Positions 1 to 9,372 are shown, counted from the stretch's first letter. The stretch is DNA of 64,000 bases from Acidimicrobiaceae bacterium (GCA_028819005.1 JAPPMP010000033.1:14273-78272); one strand, 5' to 3'. The notes: generated by a model not told the origin, from the sequence alone. Program-made: numbers and translations.

Positions 1-1
1 C

Positions 2-970
2 ACAGCCCAGAGTCACAGTGAGTTCCTGCAATCGCAGCTGAAGCGGCAACTCACTGCCGACACGATTCCTGGGGAGTGGAGCACCGTTTTCCTGCAGCCG
101 ACATCGAAAGCCTCACAGGCCACGCTGGACCGTGTCGAGAGCCTGCTGATGGAGAGGATCGGCGACCGGATCGTTGCCGCGGACGCGGTTGTCGAAGGCA
201 GCCGAGACGCTCTCGCCACCAGAAGGCTGGCTGCTCGCGGGCTGTTGCGCATGTCTGCATTCACCCCCACCGACGCCAGCCACGTGCTGGGCACGCAGTC
301 GACCCACGATGCTGCGGTTGCCCAAGCTGCCGCTGAAGTCTGGTCATGGCGTTGCGATCATCGCGGCAAGGCCATCGCCGACAGCCCAGAGGAGTTCGCC
401 GAAGCTGTAACGGCAGCGTTGGTGCGCCAGTCCGCTGAGAAGCTGCTCGCCACGGCCTTGACGAGCGATGGCCTGTCCGAACGGGCCGCTGCATCCGAGG
501 TGGTGGCCGCAGCGCTCGACGGCAGGCCGCGCACCTCTAAGCTGGTGGCCGGTTTAGCGGTCCCGTTGGTGGGCCTTGGCGCCCCCGCGGCCACCTATTA
601 CCCCGCGATTGGAGATCTGCTCGGCACGAAGGTTGAGATTCCCGAGCACGCAGATGTTGCCAATGCGATCGGTGCTGCCGTGGGCAAGGTCCGGTTGAGG
701 CGCCGTGTGACTGTTTCGTCTCCACGACGGGGGCTCTTCCGGGTCTATATCGGCGCGGAGCCGGACTCCTTTTTCGAACTTGAACCCGCCAGGGAGGCAG
801 CCATAGAGCAAGCCGGCGCGGCGGTGGCGTCGGCGATGGTGGCCGCGGGCGCGCCCGAGTTCGATCTGGAGACCCACTGGGACGAGAAATCTGTTGATGT
901 GGACGGTCGGGTCCTGTTCGTGGAAGGTGTCGCCACTGTCATCGGCACAGGTCGCCCGCAACTCGATTGA
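2..970 (+). CDS. hydantoinase/oxoprolinase-family protein, C-terminal part (5' end outside window)
   Basis: The frame is open from nt 2, upstream of the listed 149..970 ORF. Motifs such as FTPTDASHVLG and GLGAPAATYYP resemble hydantoinase_A-type proteins. Confidence 0.6.
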   Translation, partial: TAQSHSEFLQSQLKRQLTADTIPGEWSTVFLQPTSKASQATLDRVESLLMERIGDRIVAADAVVEGSRDALATRRLAARGLLRMSAFTPTDASHVLGTQSTHDAAVAQAAAEVWSWRCDHRGKAIADSPEEFAEAVTAALVRQSAEKLLATALTSDGLSERAAASEVVAAALDGRPRTSKLVAGLAVPLVGLGAPAATYYPAIGDLLGTKVEIPEHADVANAIGAAVGKVRLRRRVTVSSPRRGLFRVYIGAEPDSFFELEPAREAAIEQAGAAVASAMVAAGAPEFDLETHWDEKSVDVDGRVLFVEGVATVIGTGRPQLD

Positions 971-1033
971 TCTTCACTCGAATCGACCACACCTGATTGC
1001 CGCTGAACTTCTTCGGCGCCGTCGGTCTACGCT

Positions 1034-1549
1034 TTGACGATGGGATCAGAAGCAGAACTTGAAAGCGAACTCATCAACCGGGTCACCTGGAAAATCCCGA
1101 ATGCGTTGGCGCTGGTGGGGTCTCGAGCAGGCGATGAACGCAACGCAATGACCACGAGTTGGATCACACAGTTGTCGATGGAACCGGTGCTGATCGGTAT
1201 CGGAGTCGACAACACCGCGGTGACCCATCGGCTCATCTCCGACGGTGGTTCCTTCACGATCAACCTCTGGGACTCCGAGGACACGAGGGTCTTCGTCAAG
1301 TTCTCGAAACCGGCCCGCGATGACGGTGGTGCCTTGAACGGTCGGGCTGTTCGATCCGGCCGCACCGGAGCACCGATATTCACCGAAGCCATCGCCTGGA
1401 TGGACTGTGAGGTCCGCCATGCTATCGACCTGGGAACTCACACGCTTTTTGTCGGGGAACTTGTCGACGCGGCGATTGTCGACGATGCCAAGCGCTCCGC
1501 TTCCATGAACGACACCCGCATGAAATACGGTGGAGTGAGGCGCCACTGA
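1034..1549 (+). CDS. flavin reductase-like (FMN-binding split-barrel) protein
   Basis: 171 aa. NAMTTSWITQLSMEPVLIGIGV and THTLFVGELV are typical of the flavin reductase domain. Confidence 0.8.
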   Translation: MTMGSEAELESELINRVTWKIPNALALVGSRAGDERNAMTTSWITQLSMEPVLIGIGVDNTAVTHRLISDGGSFTINLWDSEDTRVFVKFSKPARDDGGALNGRAVRSGRTGAPIFTEAIAWMDCEVRHAIDLGTHTLFVGELVDAAIVDDAKRSASMNDTRMKYGGVRRH

Positions 1550-1560
1550 CAGCGGCACGC

Positions 1561-1628
1561 CGCAACCACAGAACAGGCGCAACTACAGAACAGACGCAAC
1601 TACAGAACAGGCGCAACTACAGAACACA
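1561..1628. repeat. four head-to-tail copies of a 17-bp unit CGCAAC(C/T)ACAGAACA(G/C)(G/A)
   Basis: Read directly: 1561-1577, 1578-1594, 1595-1611, 1612-1628. The array abuts GGGAGG (1629-1634) and the start of the next ORF. Confidence 0.9.
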
Positions 1629-1637
1629 GGGAGGCTG

Positions 1638-2213
1638 GTGCTGATGCGAGACAAAGATCCAATGCAGCGCTGGGTGGTCGTGGCTTGCCTGGCGACCATC
1701 GCCTATTCGGTGGTGATTGCCTTGATCCGGTTCGCCGGATCCGAGGGTGAGCCCGGAAGCCTGCGGATCTCGGTGTCGTTGGTGGCGCCATTCGTTGTTG
1801 CGGCCCTGGTCGCGCTGCTGACTCACTCGGTGGGCCGCGGACGGTTCGTCATGGCAGCAGGAGCTGGGATTATCCCCGCCGCGGTGATCTCGGTAATAGC
1901 GCTTCCGCTGTGGATCCCGGCGATCATGCTGCTGGTCGCGGGCTGGCGCCGGACGACGCCGGGATCGGCAAAAGAGATGGCGGCCAGCGTCTTCGTCACC
2001 ATCGGCATCTTCTCTGCCATGATCGCCCTGCTGGCGCACAGGGATCCTCTCGAATGGTCCGACGGATCTGTCGACCAGTATTCGAACAACACGATCACCG
2101 CCTCAGAATCATTGCTGTCGGCCACGATCCTCGGCCTGGTGATAATCGTCGCGTTGGCCGCGGCCCGCCCTCGGGCTGCCGTCGAAGCCGACGCCGACGA
2201 CCCCGACGGTTGA
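1638..2213 (+). CDS. hypothetical multi-pass membrane protein
   Basis: Several hydrophobic segments. A GGAGG sits upstream. The start may be ATG 1644 rather than GTG 1638. Confidence 0.55.
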   Translation: MLMRDKDPMQRWVVVACLATIAYSVVIALIRFAGSEGEPGSLRISVSLVAPFVVAALVALLTHSVGRGRFVMAAGAGIIPAAVISVIALPLWIPAIMLLVAGWRRTTPGSAKEMAASVFVTIGIFSAMIALLAHRDPLEWSDGSVDQYSNNTITASESLLSATILGLVIIVALAAARPRAAVEADADDPDG

Positions 2214-2218
2214 CAACG

Positions 2219-3226
2219 GTGGAGGTTCTGCTCAGGCCGTATCGGCGGTTGACGCCGCGGCGAGTGGACATGTTGTTGTTTGTGGCAGTAGTTGTAGCGG
2301 CAGGCACGGGGTTGTTGTCGTGGGGTGTGGGCACAGGCTGGGGCCGTTGGGTCACGGTTGTGCATGCGCTGGCCGGTCTGAGCTTGTTGGCGCTGGCCCC
2401 TGCCAAAATCAGCGGGTCGGTGCGCACCGGTTTGCGCCGCCGCCGGGCCACCCGCTGGCTCTCGTTGCTGCTCGGCGGGCTGGTGGCGGCCACGGTCGTG
2501 CTGGGCGTGCTGCACTCCACCGGACTCTGGTACGGGGTCGGCTACTGGTCGGCGTTGTGGACCCATGTGCTGTTGGCCGCAGTGCTGGCTGTGCTGGTGA
2601 TCTGGCACGTCGTCAGCCGCACCGGTCGGCCACGCGTCGCTGACCTCGATCGCAGGGCCGTGGCTGGGGGCAGCGTTGCGCTTGTGGCAGCGGCCGCGGT
2701 GTACGGCGTTCAAGAACTGGCCGTCGGCGGGAATCGGCGTTTCACGGGTTCCCATGAGACTGCCTCGTTCACTCCGTCGAAGATGCCCACAGTGACGTGG
2801 CTCAACGACAGTGCCCCAGATGTCCCGGCTCAGCAGTGGGATCTCAGCGTCGGCGGAGAGCCGGTTTCGATCGAGGCGCTTTGGGACTCGGCCCGGCCCG
2901 TGGAGGCCGATCTCGATTGCACCGGCGGTTGGTGGAGCCGCCAGAGCTGGGATGCGGTCCCGCTGTCGGAATTGATGCCGACCCTGGATGCACCCACGTT
3001 GGAGGTCACGTCGCTGACCGGTTACAGCCGTCTGTTCCCCGCCCGAGACGCCCAGAATCTCTTTCTTGGGGTCGGCTACGACGGCGAGCCACTGCGACGA
3101 GGCCACGGCGCGCCGGTGCGGCTCGTGGCACCGGGACGGCGCGGTTTCTGGTGGGTCAAATGGGTCAGCTCCGTTGAGCCCGTCAACCGGCGATGGTGGC
3201 TCCAGCTGCCCTTCCCGCTGGAGTGA
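2219..3226 (+). CDS. molybdopterin-dependent oxidoreductase (sulfite-oxidase fold) with N-terminal membrane domain
   Basis: The C-terminal half (CTGGWWS, GYDGEPLRRGHGAPVRLVAPGRRGFWWVKWV) matches the Oxidored_molyb domain and the N-terminal half is transmembrane. The listed ORF start 1910 overlaps the previous gene, so GTG 2219 or ATG 2270 is more likely. Confidence 0.75.
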   Translation: MEVLLRPYRRLTPRRVDMLLFVAVVVAAGTGLLSWGVGTGWGRWVTVVHALAGLSLLALAPAKISGSVRTGLRRRRATRWLSLLLGGLVAATVVLGVLHSTGLWYGVGYWSALWTHVLLAAVLAVLVIWHVVSRTGRPRVADLDRRAVAGGSVALVAAAAVYGVQELAVGGNRRFTGSHETASFTPSKMPTVTWLNDSAPDVPAQQWDLSVGGEPVSIEALWDSARPVEADLDCTGGWWSRQSWDAVPLSELMPTLDAPTLEVTSLTGYSRLFPARDAQNLFLGVGYDGEPLRRGHGAPVRLVAPGRRGFWWVKWVSSVEPVNRRWWLQLPFPLE

Positions 3227-3238
3227 CGACGACGGCCC

Positions 3239-4282
3239 TCACGTACTCTCAGCGCCGGTTTGGTTGCCGCGGCGGGCGCGCATGCGCTCCTTCATGCGGG
3301 CGTGGGCTTCAGGGGTGCCGTCATGGAAGGTTCCGAAGAGCTTGTCGATCGGCACCGGGCGGTTGCCGTAGTTGCATTCGAAATAACGGTGGTGGAGATG
3401 GTGGTAGTAGTCGGCGCCGGGAGCGGTCCGGCCCTGGCGTCGGCCGATCTCGAACTGATCGAAACCGGAGTGAGAGACGGCCGGTGACAGGCCGTTGAAC
3501 AACCCGCTGAGGATCACGATGAACGGGTGTGCTGGCACGACCCACCAGAGTAGAAAAACGCTGAAATAGATGACATGCTCGAGCGGGTGCATGGAGGTGC
3601 CGCTCCACGGCCCGGTGTTCACGTTGCGGTGATGCAGATAGTGGGCGTGGTCGTAGAACCAGCGCACGTGCAGCAGTCGATGGTTGAGATAGAAGTGGAT
3701 GACCGACCACAGGAACACGCCGACGGTGAGCGCCCCCAGGTACAGCCACGCCGAGTCCCAGCCTGTGGAAGCAACCCAGTCATTGGCGTATGCCCACAGG
3801 GTGAGTGATTCGTACACGGTCCAGATCCCGCAGCCGCTGACGAGGCTCCAGAACATGTTGTCCCGCGTCTGGTTGGTCCACAGGAACGACTTGTTGGTGG
3901 TGCTGAGCCAGCGCTGGTTGTACTTGTAGCGCTGCTGTTGGGCTTGGCGGCTGTACAGGAAAAGGTGGAGTGATCCCGCGACCAGACTCAACAGCACGAC
4001 ATTGCGCAAGTATATCTCTAGCATCCACGCCGGATGGAGGTCCGCCATGCGGTCCATCGACGGGGTGAGATAGTTCCAGGTCAGAGCCGCCAGTGCCACC
4101 CAGAAGATCCCGTAGGGCAGCATCACCGGTGTGAGCAGGTAGCGCAGCGTCGCCAGCGGACGCGGCGGCCAGTCAAGGATCGGCGACACCGTTATCGGCA
4201 CCGCCGGTTCGTAGCCCTTGGACTCGGGGCCCCGTCCCGTGTTGAGCGGTGCCGTGCTGTTCGTCGGGGACGTGTCTGCCAT
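3239..4282 (-). CDS. sterol desaturase / fatty-acid hydroxylase family membrane protein
   Basis: His boxes HFYLNHRLLH, HYLHHRN and HHLHH. Start is ATG at 4282, preceded by GAAGGAGG. The longer 587-aa ORF extension overlaps the next gene. Confidence 0.8.
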   Translation of the reverse strand: MADTSPTNSTAPLNTGRGPESKGYEPAVPITVSPILDWPPRPLATLRYLLTPVMLPYGIFWVALAALTWNYLTPSMDRMADLHPAWMLEIYLRNVVLLSLVAGSLHLFLYSRQAQQQRYKYNQRWLSTTNKSFLWTNQTRDNMFWSLVSGCGIWTVYESLTLWAYANDWVASTGWDSAWLYLGALTVGVFLWSVIHFYLNHRLLHVRWFYDHAHYLHHRNVNTGPWSGTSMHPLEHVIYFSVFLLWWVVPAHPFIVILSGLFNGLSPAVSHSGFDQFEIGRRQGRTAPGADYYHHLHHRYFECNYGNRPVPIDKLFGTFHDGTPEAHARMKERMRARRGNQTGAEST

Positions 4283-4380
4283 AAGGCGTGCGACCTCCTT
4301 CAAGCGGGCTGCTTGCCAGCCGAGCAGACACGCTCGACTGACACCGAATCGTACACCCTCGCCACGCCCGAAGGAACAGC

Positions 4381-6189
4381 TCAGCGGACGGCGTGAGCGG
4401 GTGCCGGCGCGATGGTGAACTCCATCACGTCGTCGTCGACCGGCTGGCGGCCGATGAACTTCCGGTCCCTCAGATAGTTCTGGGTGTTGAGCCAGGGCTC
4501 GCGGTCGCCCTGGCGAGGCAGCAGATGCATGGCCCGCTTGATGTAGCCCGCTGGGAAGTCGTCGATGAAGGGCCGCGGCGCCATGTCGTGGTCGGTCGGA
4601 CGCAGACGCGGCGTGCACTGGGTCGTCCCCGTTTCGCGCATGTGGTTCAGCAGGCGACAGACGTAGCCGGCGTTCAGGTCCACCCGCAGGGTCCAGGACG
4701 AGTTGATGTATCCGAAGGTCGTCACGAGATTGGGCACATCGGAGAAGGCCATGCCCTTGTAGGTCCAGGTCTCGCCCAGATTGACGGGTTGGCCGTCGAC
4801 TTCGAGCTCGACCTGCCCCAGCGCCACGAGCTGCAGGCCCGTGGCGGTGACGATGATGTCGGCTTCGAGTTCCGTGCCCGATTCGAGCAGGATGCCTTTC
4901 TCGGTGAACGTGTCGATCGTGTCGGTAACCACCGAAGCCGACCCGTTGCTGATGGATTCGTAGAGGTCGCCGTCGGGGATCAGGCATAGTCGCTGGTCCC
5001 AAGGGTTGTATTGGGGCGTGAAGTGGGTGTCGACGTCGTAGTCGGGTCCGAGAGCTTCGCGGGCGGCCTCAAGGAGCCGTTCTTTGAGACGCTCTGGTTT
5101 GGTGCGCGACATCCGGTAGATGAGGTGTATGCGGACGATGTTCTTCCAGCGGGTCAGCCAGTAGGCGAGCCGTTCGGGCAGCACTCGCTTGAGCCTCTGG
5201 TTGAACGGATCGACGGCGGGCGCGGGCGCCATGTAGGTGGGCGATCGCTGCAGCATGGTGATGTGCGCGGTCTTGGCGGCCATCGCCGGCACGAGGGTTA
5301 CCGCGGTGGCGCCAGAGCCGATAACGACCACACGCTTGTCCTTGTAGTCAAGGTCTTCGGGCCAGGCCTGCGGGTGGACGATCTGGCCACCGAAGCGCTC
5401 AACCCCCCGGAATTCGGGAGTGAACCCCTCCCGGTAGGAGTAGTAGCCCGAGCACATGTTCAAGAAGCCGGCCTTCATTGTGCTGTGCTCGCCGGTGTCG
5501 GTGTGTTCCACCGCGACCGTCCAGCGCTGCTCGGCGCTCGACCACGAGGCCCGCTGCACGCGCCGGTTGAAGTGAATGCGGCGAGCGAGGTCGTTCTCTT
5601 CGATGGTCTCTTTGAGATAGTCGAGGATTGCGGGTCCGTCGGCGATGGACTTGTCAGCGGTCCAGGGTTTGAAGCTGTAGCCGAGGGTGTGCATGTCGCT
5701 GTCGGAACGCACCCCGGGATACCGGAAGAGGTCCCAGGTACCGCCGACGTCGGGCCGTCCTTCGAGGATCGCGAACGTGCGGTCCGGGCACTGGTTCTGC
5801 AGGTAGTACCCCATCCCGATCCCCGAGATCCCCGCCCCGACCACAAGCACGTCTGTGTTGTTGCCGGGCGCGTTGCTTTCGCCGGGCGTAGCCGGAGCCC
5901 CGGAGGCGTTGTTGTTGCCTGGCGCGTTGTTGTTGCCGGGCGTAGCCGGAGCCCCGGAGGCGTTGCTTTCGCCGGGCGTAGCCGAAACTCCGGAGGCCGC
6001 GGGAGCCGCTGGGTCTTCATCCCGTCGGTGACCGCCCCGACCGGTCTGAGCCCCGGCGGCCGCGGGAGCCGCGGGATCCGTACTGTTGGCGGCGGTGGCG
6101 CTGGGAGAGCGGTCGTTCACGGGGTAAGTATGGCGGGTTGCGCGGGCTAGTCCTCGAAGAGGTGGTACATGGCAGCGGTCGCGCTGCAC
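4381..6189 (-). CDS. Baeyer-Villiger-type flavin monooxygenase with repeat-rich N-terminal extension
   Basis: DVLVVGAGISGIG, GGTWDLFRYPGVRSDSD and VVVIGSGATAVTL. The start is uncertain (6189 or GTG 6120). Confidence 0.85.
   Translation of the reverse strand: MQRDRCHVPPLRGLARATRHTYPVNDRSPSATAANSTDPAAPAAAGAQTGRGGHRRDEDPAAPAASGVSATPGESNASGAPATPGNNNAPGNNNASGAPATPGESNAPGNNTDVLVVGAGISGIGMGYYLQNQCPDRTFAILEGRPDVGGTWDLFRYPGVRSDSDMHTLGYSFKPWTADKSIADGPAILDYLKETIEENDLARRIHFNRRVQRASWSSAEQRWTVAVEHTDTGEHSTMKAGFLNMCSGYYSYREGFTPEFRGVERFGGQIVHPQAWPEDLDYKDKRVVVIGSGATAVTLVPAMAAKTAHITMLQRSPTYMAPAPAVDPFNQRLKRVLPERLAYWLTRWKNIVRIHLIYRMSRTKPERLKERLLEAAREALGPDYDVDTHFTPQYNPWDQRLCLIPDGDLYESISNGSASVVTDTIDTFTEKGILLESGTELEADIIVTATGLQLVALGQVELEVDGQPVNLGETWTYKGMAFSDVPNLVTTFGYINSSWTLRVDLNAGYVCRLLNHMRETGTTQCTPRLRPTDHDMAPRPFIDDFPAGYIKRAMHLLPRQGDREPWLNTQNYLRDRKFIGRQPVDDDVMEFTIAPAPAHAVR
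5863..5997. repeat. imperfect tandem repeat (about 45-54-bp units) encoding ASGAPATPG(E/N)(S/N)NAPGNN
   Basis: Units read at 5863-5907, 5908-5958 and 5959-5997. The region lies inside the 5' part of the monooxygenase ORF. Confidence 0.8.
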
Positions 6190-6923
6190 ATCATGTCGAC
6201 CCGGTCCGAGCGCTCGACGGTGGCGGCGAACTTCAACCCGTCGTCGCCGAGCCAGCGGCCGCCCTCGCCGAGTGCATCGAGCGCAGGAGCAACGACCGTA
6301 CGCGGGTCGACAGGCGGACCTCCCATGCGTTCATGGTCGGGATTGCTGGAACGGAGGGCTGGGGTGTCCATGCTCGGAGCGACGATGGCCAACGTGTCGA
6401 CGCCGGAGTCTTTCAGTTCCCAGCCGATCGCCTCGATCAGGTTGATGGAGAACGCCTTGGTCGCGCTGTAGAGGCCCACACAGGCGGTGCCTGCCAGCGC
6501 GGAGCCCGAACTGGTGACAACGAAACCGCCGCGACCGCGCTCGGCCATGGCCGGCAGCGCCCACGAAGCCAGATCGACAGTTGCCCTGCAGTTGACGTCG
6601 AGGGTCTTGCGACGCATCTCCGCGTCCATGTCGAGAAACGGGCGAACATACGAGACGCCCGCGTTCGCCACCGCGATTCCGATCTCAAGCCCAGCGGTCT
6701 GCTCGGTGAGCACGTCGATCCATCCGGGGTCGCTCACATCGGTGATGACCGTGCGGGTCCTCCCGCCGAGTCCGGCGGCGGTCTCTACGACTCCCGGCGA
6801 GATGTCGACCATCACGACCCCGACTCCCCGGGATATCAGTTCCTCGGTGTACGCCAGTCCCACGCCGGCGCCCGCCCCTGTCACCACACCCCACGGACCG
6901 TATTTCTCAGCAAAGCCTGTCAT
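6147..6923 (-). CDS. SDR-family short-chain dehydrogenase/reductase
   Basis: The N-terminal GVVTGAGAGVG motif, the downstream YSATK motif and a length of 258 aa fit this family. Confidence 0.85.
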   Translation of the reverse strand: MTGFAEKYGPWGVVTGAGAGVGLAYTEELISRGVGVVMVDISPGVVETAAGLGGRTRTVITDVSDPGWIDVLTEQTAGLEIGIAVANAGVSYVRPFLDMDAEMRRKTLDVNCRATVDLASWALPAMAERGRGGFVVTSSGSALAGTACVGLYSATKAFSINLIEAIGWELKDSGVDTLAIVAPSMDTPALRSSNPDHERMGGPPVDPRTVVAPALDALGEGGRWLGDDGLKFAATVERSDRVDMMCSATAAMYHLFED

Positions 6924-6977
6924 GGCACAACCTTGCCAGAGCCTGTACCGATCAGTCGAAACGGGTACCGAGGGCCG

Positions 6978-7382
6978 CTAAGGCCAGGAGCGCCATGCGC
7001 TCACGTCGAGCGCGATCACCGGACCGGGCGGTCGTGCGGAGCGATACTGCGGGTACTTGCCGGCTAGCAGGTCCAACGCCCTGTTGCGCTCGTCGCCGTC
7101 GGTCAGCACCCGTGCGGTGCAGTCCAGTCGGATCCACCAGAGCTCCGACCAGTCGTCTTCATAGTGATCAACCAGCAAGCAGGCCTCCGGGTGGGCGGCG
7201 AGGTTGTCCAGCCGGCGCAACGCCGGCGTCGACTTCGGTTTGGCGTCCACGGCCGAGTACACGATGTCCCCGTCGAGCACGAAGCAGCACGGCACCGCAT
7301 GCGGCCGTCCGTCAGCGGTGATCGTGCTCAAAACCCCCGACCGAGCTTCCGACGCCCGTCGCCGCATCTGCGTTGAACCCAC
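6978..7382 (-). CDS. PPOX-class (pyridoxamine 5'-phosphate oxidase-like) probable F420-dependent protein
   Basis: 134 aa. GVLSTITADGRPHAVPCCFVLDGD and WWIRLDC are typical of this split-barrel family. Confidence 0.7.
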   Translation of the reverse strand: MGSTQMRRRASEARSGVLSTITADGRPHAVPCCFVLDGDIVYSAVDAKPKSTPALRRLDNLAAHPEACLLVDHYEDDWSELWWIRLDCTARVLTDGDERNRALDLLAGKYPQYRSARPPGPVIALDVSAWRSWP

Positions 7383-7452
7383 GCCTCAACCCTACGCAAC
7401 GAGCGAGCGCTATGGCTATGCAAATGTTGGCCCGCTGTATTGTTACGACGTA

Positions 7453-7493
7453 CAACCGCCAGTTTATTGGATAGTCAACCGCCACTTTATTGG
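7453..7493. promoter_or_regulatory. two direct 18-bp repeats CAACCGCCA(G/C)TTTATTGG in an AT-rich leader
   Basis: Repeats at 7453-7470 and 7476-7493. The second contains the inverted repeat CCGCCA-n7-TGGCGG. They lie 54-94 nt upstream of the ATPase start. Confidence 0.4.
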
Positions 7494-7546
7494 CGGATAT
7501 AACTATTTTTGATGTATGATAATGGTTTCTGAACAAAGGAAGCACC

Positions 7547-8857
7547 GTGGATCCCGTCAACATAGAACACAATGGTTCCGGTACGAGCGAGATCGGGCCG
7601 GCCGGATACCTGCCGCGGCTGGTAGACGAACGAATGAGCGTGGCGCTGCGGACTATGCCGGCGGTTGTCGTAGAGGGTCCCCGAGCGTGCGGCAAGACAT
7701 GGACTGGCAGGCATTTCGCGGCCAGTGCCGTCTACCTCGATGAACGAGTGAATGCCGCGCTGGCAGCGGGAATTGATCCGGCGTCAATCCTCGACGGGGA
7801 GACACCCCGTTTGCTGGACGAATGGCAGATCGCTCCCGCCGTGTGGAACACCATGCGGCGCGCTTGCGATGCCCGCGGCCTGCGCGGCCAGTTCATTCTC
7901 ACCGGTTCCGCCGACCCGCCTGACGACATCACTCGGCATTCGGGAGCCGGGCGGATCATGCGCGTGCCGATGCGGACGATGAGCTTGTTCGAGAGCGGGG
8001 AATCGAGCGGTGACGTCTCGTTTCAGAGCCTGATCGACGGTGAGCCATGTACCGCAGCGGACGGGGGTTTGTCACTGGGCGATGTAGTTGCGCTGGCATG
8101 CCGCGGTGGATGGCCCCAGCAACTCGCCGCCGATCTGCCGACTGCGACGGGCGCCGCCCGCGCTTACTTGGATGAGATCAGCCGTACTGACGTGTCACGG
8201 GTCGACGGCGCCGAGCGAGACCCGACGCGAGTGCGAAGATTGCTCGCATCAATTGCGCGAAACGTGGCCACCGAGGTGCGGCACACGGTGCTTGCGGCAG
8301 ACACCGCGACAGCAGGGGAGCCTCCATTGGAGCGACGGACCGTCGCGAGCTACCTCGCAGCATTGGGGCGCTTGTTCGTTGTCGAAGAGATTCCCGCGTG
8401 GAGACCTCACATCGCCTCTCGGGCTCAGGCCCGCAACTCTGCGAAGATCCATCTCGTTGATCCGTCGCTAACCGTGGCAGCCTTGCGGCTCACGGTCGAC
8501 ATGCTCATGCGCGACCTCAGCTTCGTTGGGCGGCTGTTCGAGTCGATGGCACTGCGCGACCTGCAAATCTACGCGGCAGCCATCGAGTGCTCGTTGTCGC
8601 ATTATCGCGACAGTCACCACCTTGAGGTCGACGCGATCATCGAACACCCGGATGGCAGATGGGCGGCCGCGGAGATCAAGCTCGGAGGCTCGGAGGCGAT
8701 CGACAAGGGCGCCGAGTCGCTCTTGCGGTTGCGGGCCAGGCTGAAGGGAGGCCGCACCGGCGCCCCGGCACGGCTCGCCGTCGTCACCGCCACGGGCTTC
8801 GCCTACGAGCGACCCGATGGCGTCTGCGTGGTCCCACTCACCTCGCTGCGCCCATAG
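7547..8857 (+). CDS. AAA-family ATPase with C-terminal DUF4143 domain
   Basis: Walker A GPRACGKTW, the KIHLVDPSL motif and a DUF4143-like tail (YRDSHHLEVDAII...AAEIKLG). Confidence 0.8.
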   Translation: MDPVNIEHNGSGTSEIGPAGYLPRLVDERMSVALRTMPAVVVEGPRACGKTWTGRHFAASAVYLDERVNAALAAGIDPASILDGETPRLLDEWQIAPAVWNTMRRACDARGLRGQFILTGSADPPDDITRHSGAGRIMRVPMRTMSLFESGESSGDVSFQSLIDGEPCTAADGGLSLGDVVALACRGGWPQQLAADLPTATGAARAYLDEISRTDVSRVDGAERDPTRVRRLLASIARNVATEVRHTVLAADTATAGEPPLERRTVASYLAALGRLFVVEEIPAWRPHIASRAQARNSAKIHLVDPSLTVAALRLTVDMLMRDLSFVGRLFESMALRDLQIYAAAIECSLSHYRDSHHLEVDAIIEHPDGRWAAAEIKLGGSEAIDKGAESLLRLRARLKGGRTGAPARLAVVTATGFAYERPDGVCVVPLTSLRP

Positions 8858-8899
8858 ATCCCGATTCGCTCGACCAACCGCCCAGGACGCGTTGTGTTG

Positions 8900-8973
8900 T
8901 CGGGCAGGCGGGATTTGAACCCACGACCTCCTCGTCCCGAACGAGGCGCGCTACCAACCTGCGCCACTGCCCG
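8900..8973 (-). tRNA. tRNA-Pro (anticodon CGG)
   Basis: The 74-nt cloverleaf was folded by hand. Acceptor CGGGCAG/CTGCCCG, anticodon loop TTCGGGA, T-loop GGTTCAAAT. CCA is not encoded. Confidence 0.9.
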
Positions 8974-8991
8974 TGTTGCAGAACTGCGAGT

Positions 8992-9372
8992 TTATCGGCT
9001 CTCGGTGAGCGACGCGAGCGCTTTGTTGATCGTTCGCAGAGTGCTGAAGGCGTCGAGCGGCTTGATCAGCCACCCGTCGGGAGCTGCTCGGCCGGCCAGG
9101 AAGACATCGGCCTCTCGGTCGAGCAGCAGGTAGATGACGCTGGGGTCGAGTCGGCCCGCCTCCTCCTCCTGGCGGACCGCCAGACACGCAGCTACGCCGC
9201 CCATGTTGCCGATCTGGAAGTCGAGCAGCACAAGATCGGGGTTTATCTCAGCGATAGCAGGCACGACGTCGGCACCGTTGCTCACCCGGTGAATGAGATG
9301 AGTGCCCCCGACTGCGGCCTCGATGTCGTCGACCAACCAGTCGGCGTCTGTCGCAAGGAGGATGTCGGACAC
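8992..9372 (-). CDS. single-domain response regulator (receiver only)
   Basis: DLVLLDFQIGNMGG and WLIKPLD receiver motifs. Start is GTG 9372; the longer ORF extension is not supported. Confidence 0.7.
   Translation of the reverse strand: MSDILLATDADWLVDDIEAAVGGTHLIHRVSNGADVVPAIAEINPDLVLLDFQIGNMGGVAACLAVRQEEEAGRLDPSVIYLLLDREADVFLAGRAAPDGWLIKPLDAFSTLRTINKALASLTESR

Noticed and set aside
1561-1628. Possible CRISPR array (also considered for 13531-13594 and 17653-17685)
   Set aside because: The units are contiguous with no unique spacers and are far shorter than CRISPR repeats. No cas genes are present.
3239-5002. 587-aa version of the desaturase ORF
   Set aside because: The N-terminal 239 codons overlap the monooxygenase gene and translate to Arg/Pro-rich nonsense. 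ATG 4282 has a GAAGGAGG ribosome-binding site and gives a normal-length family member.
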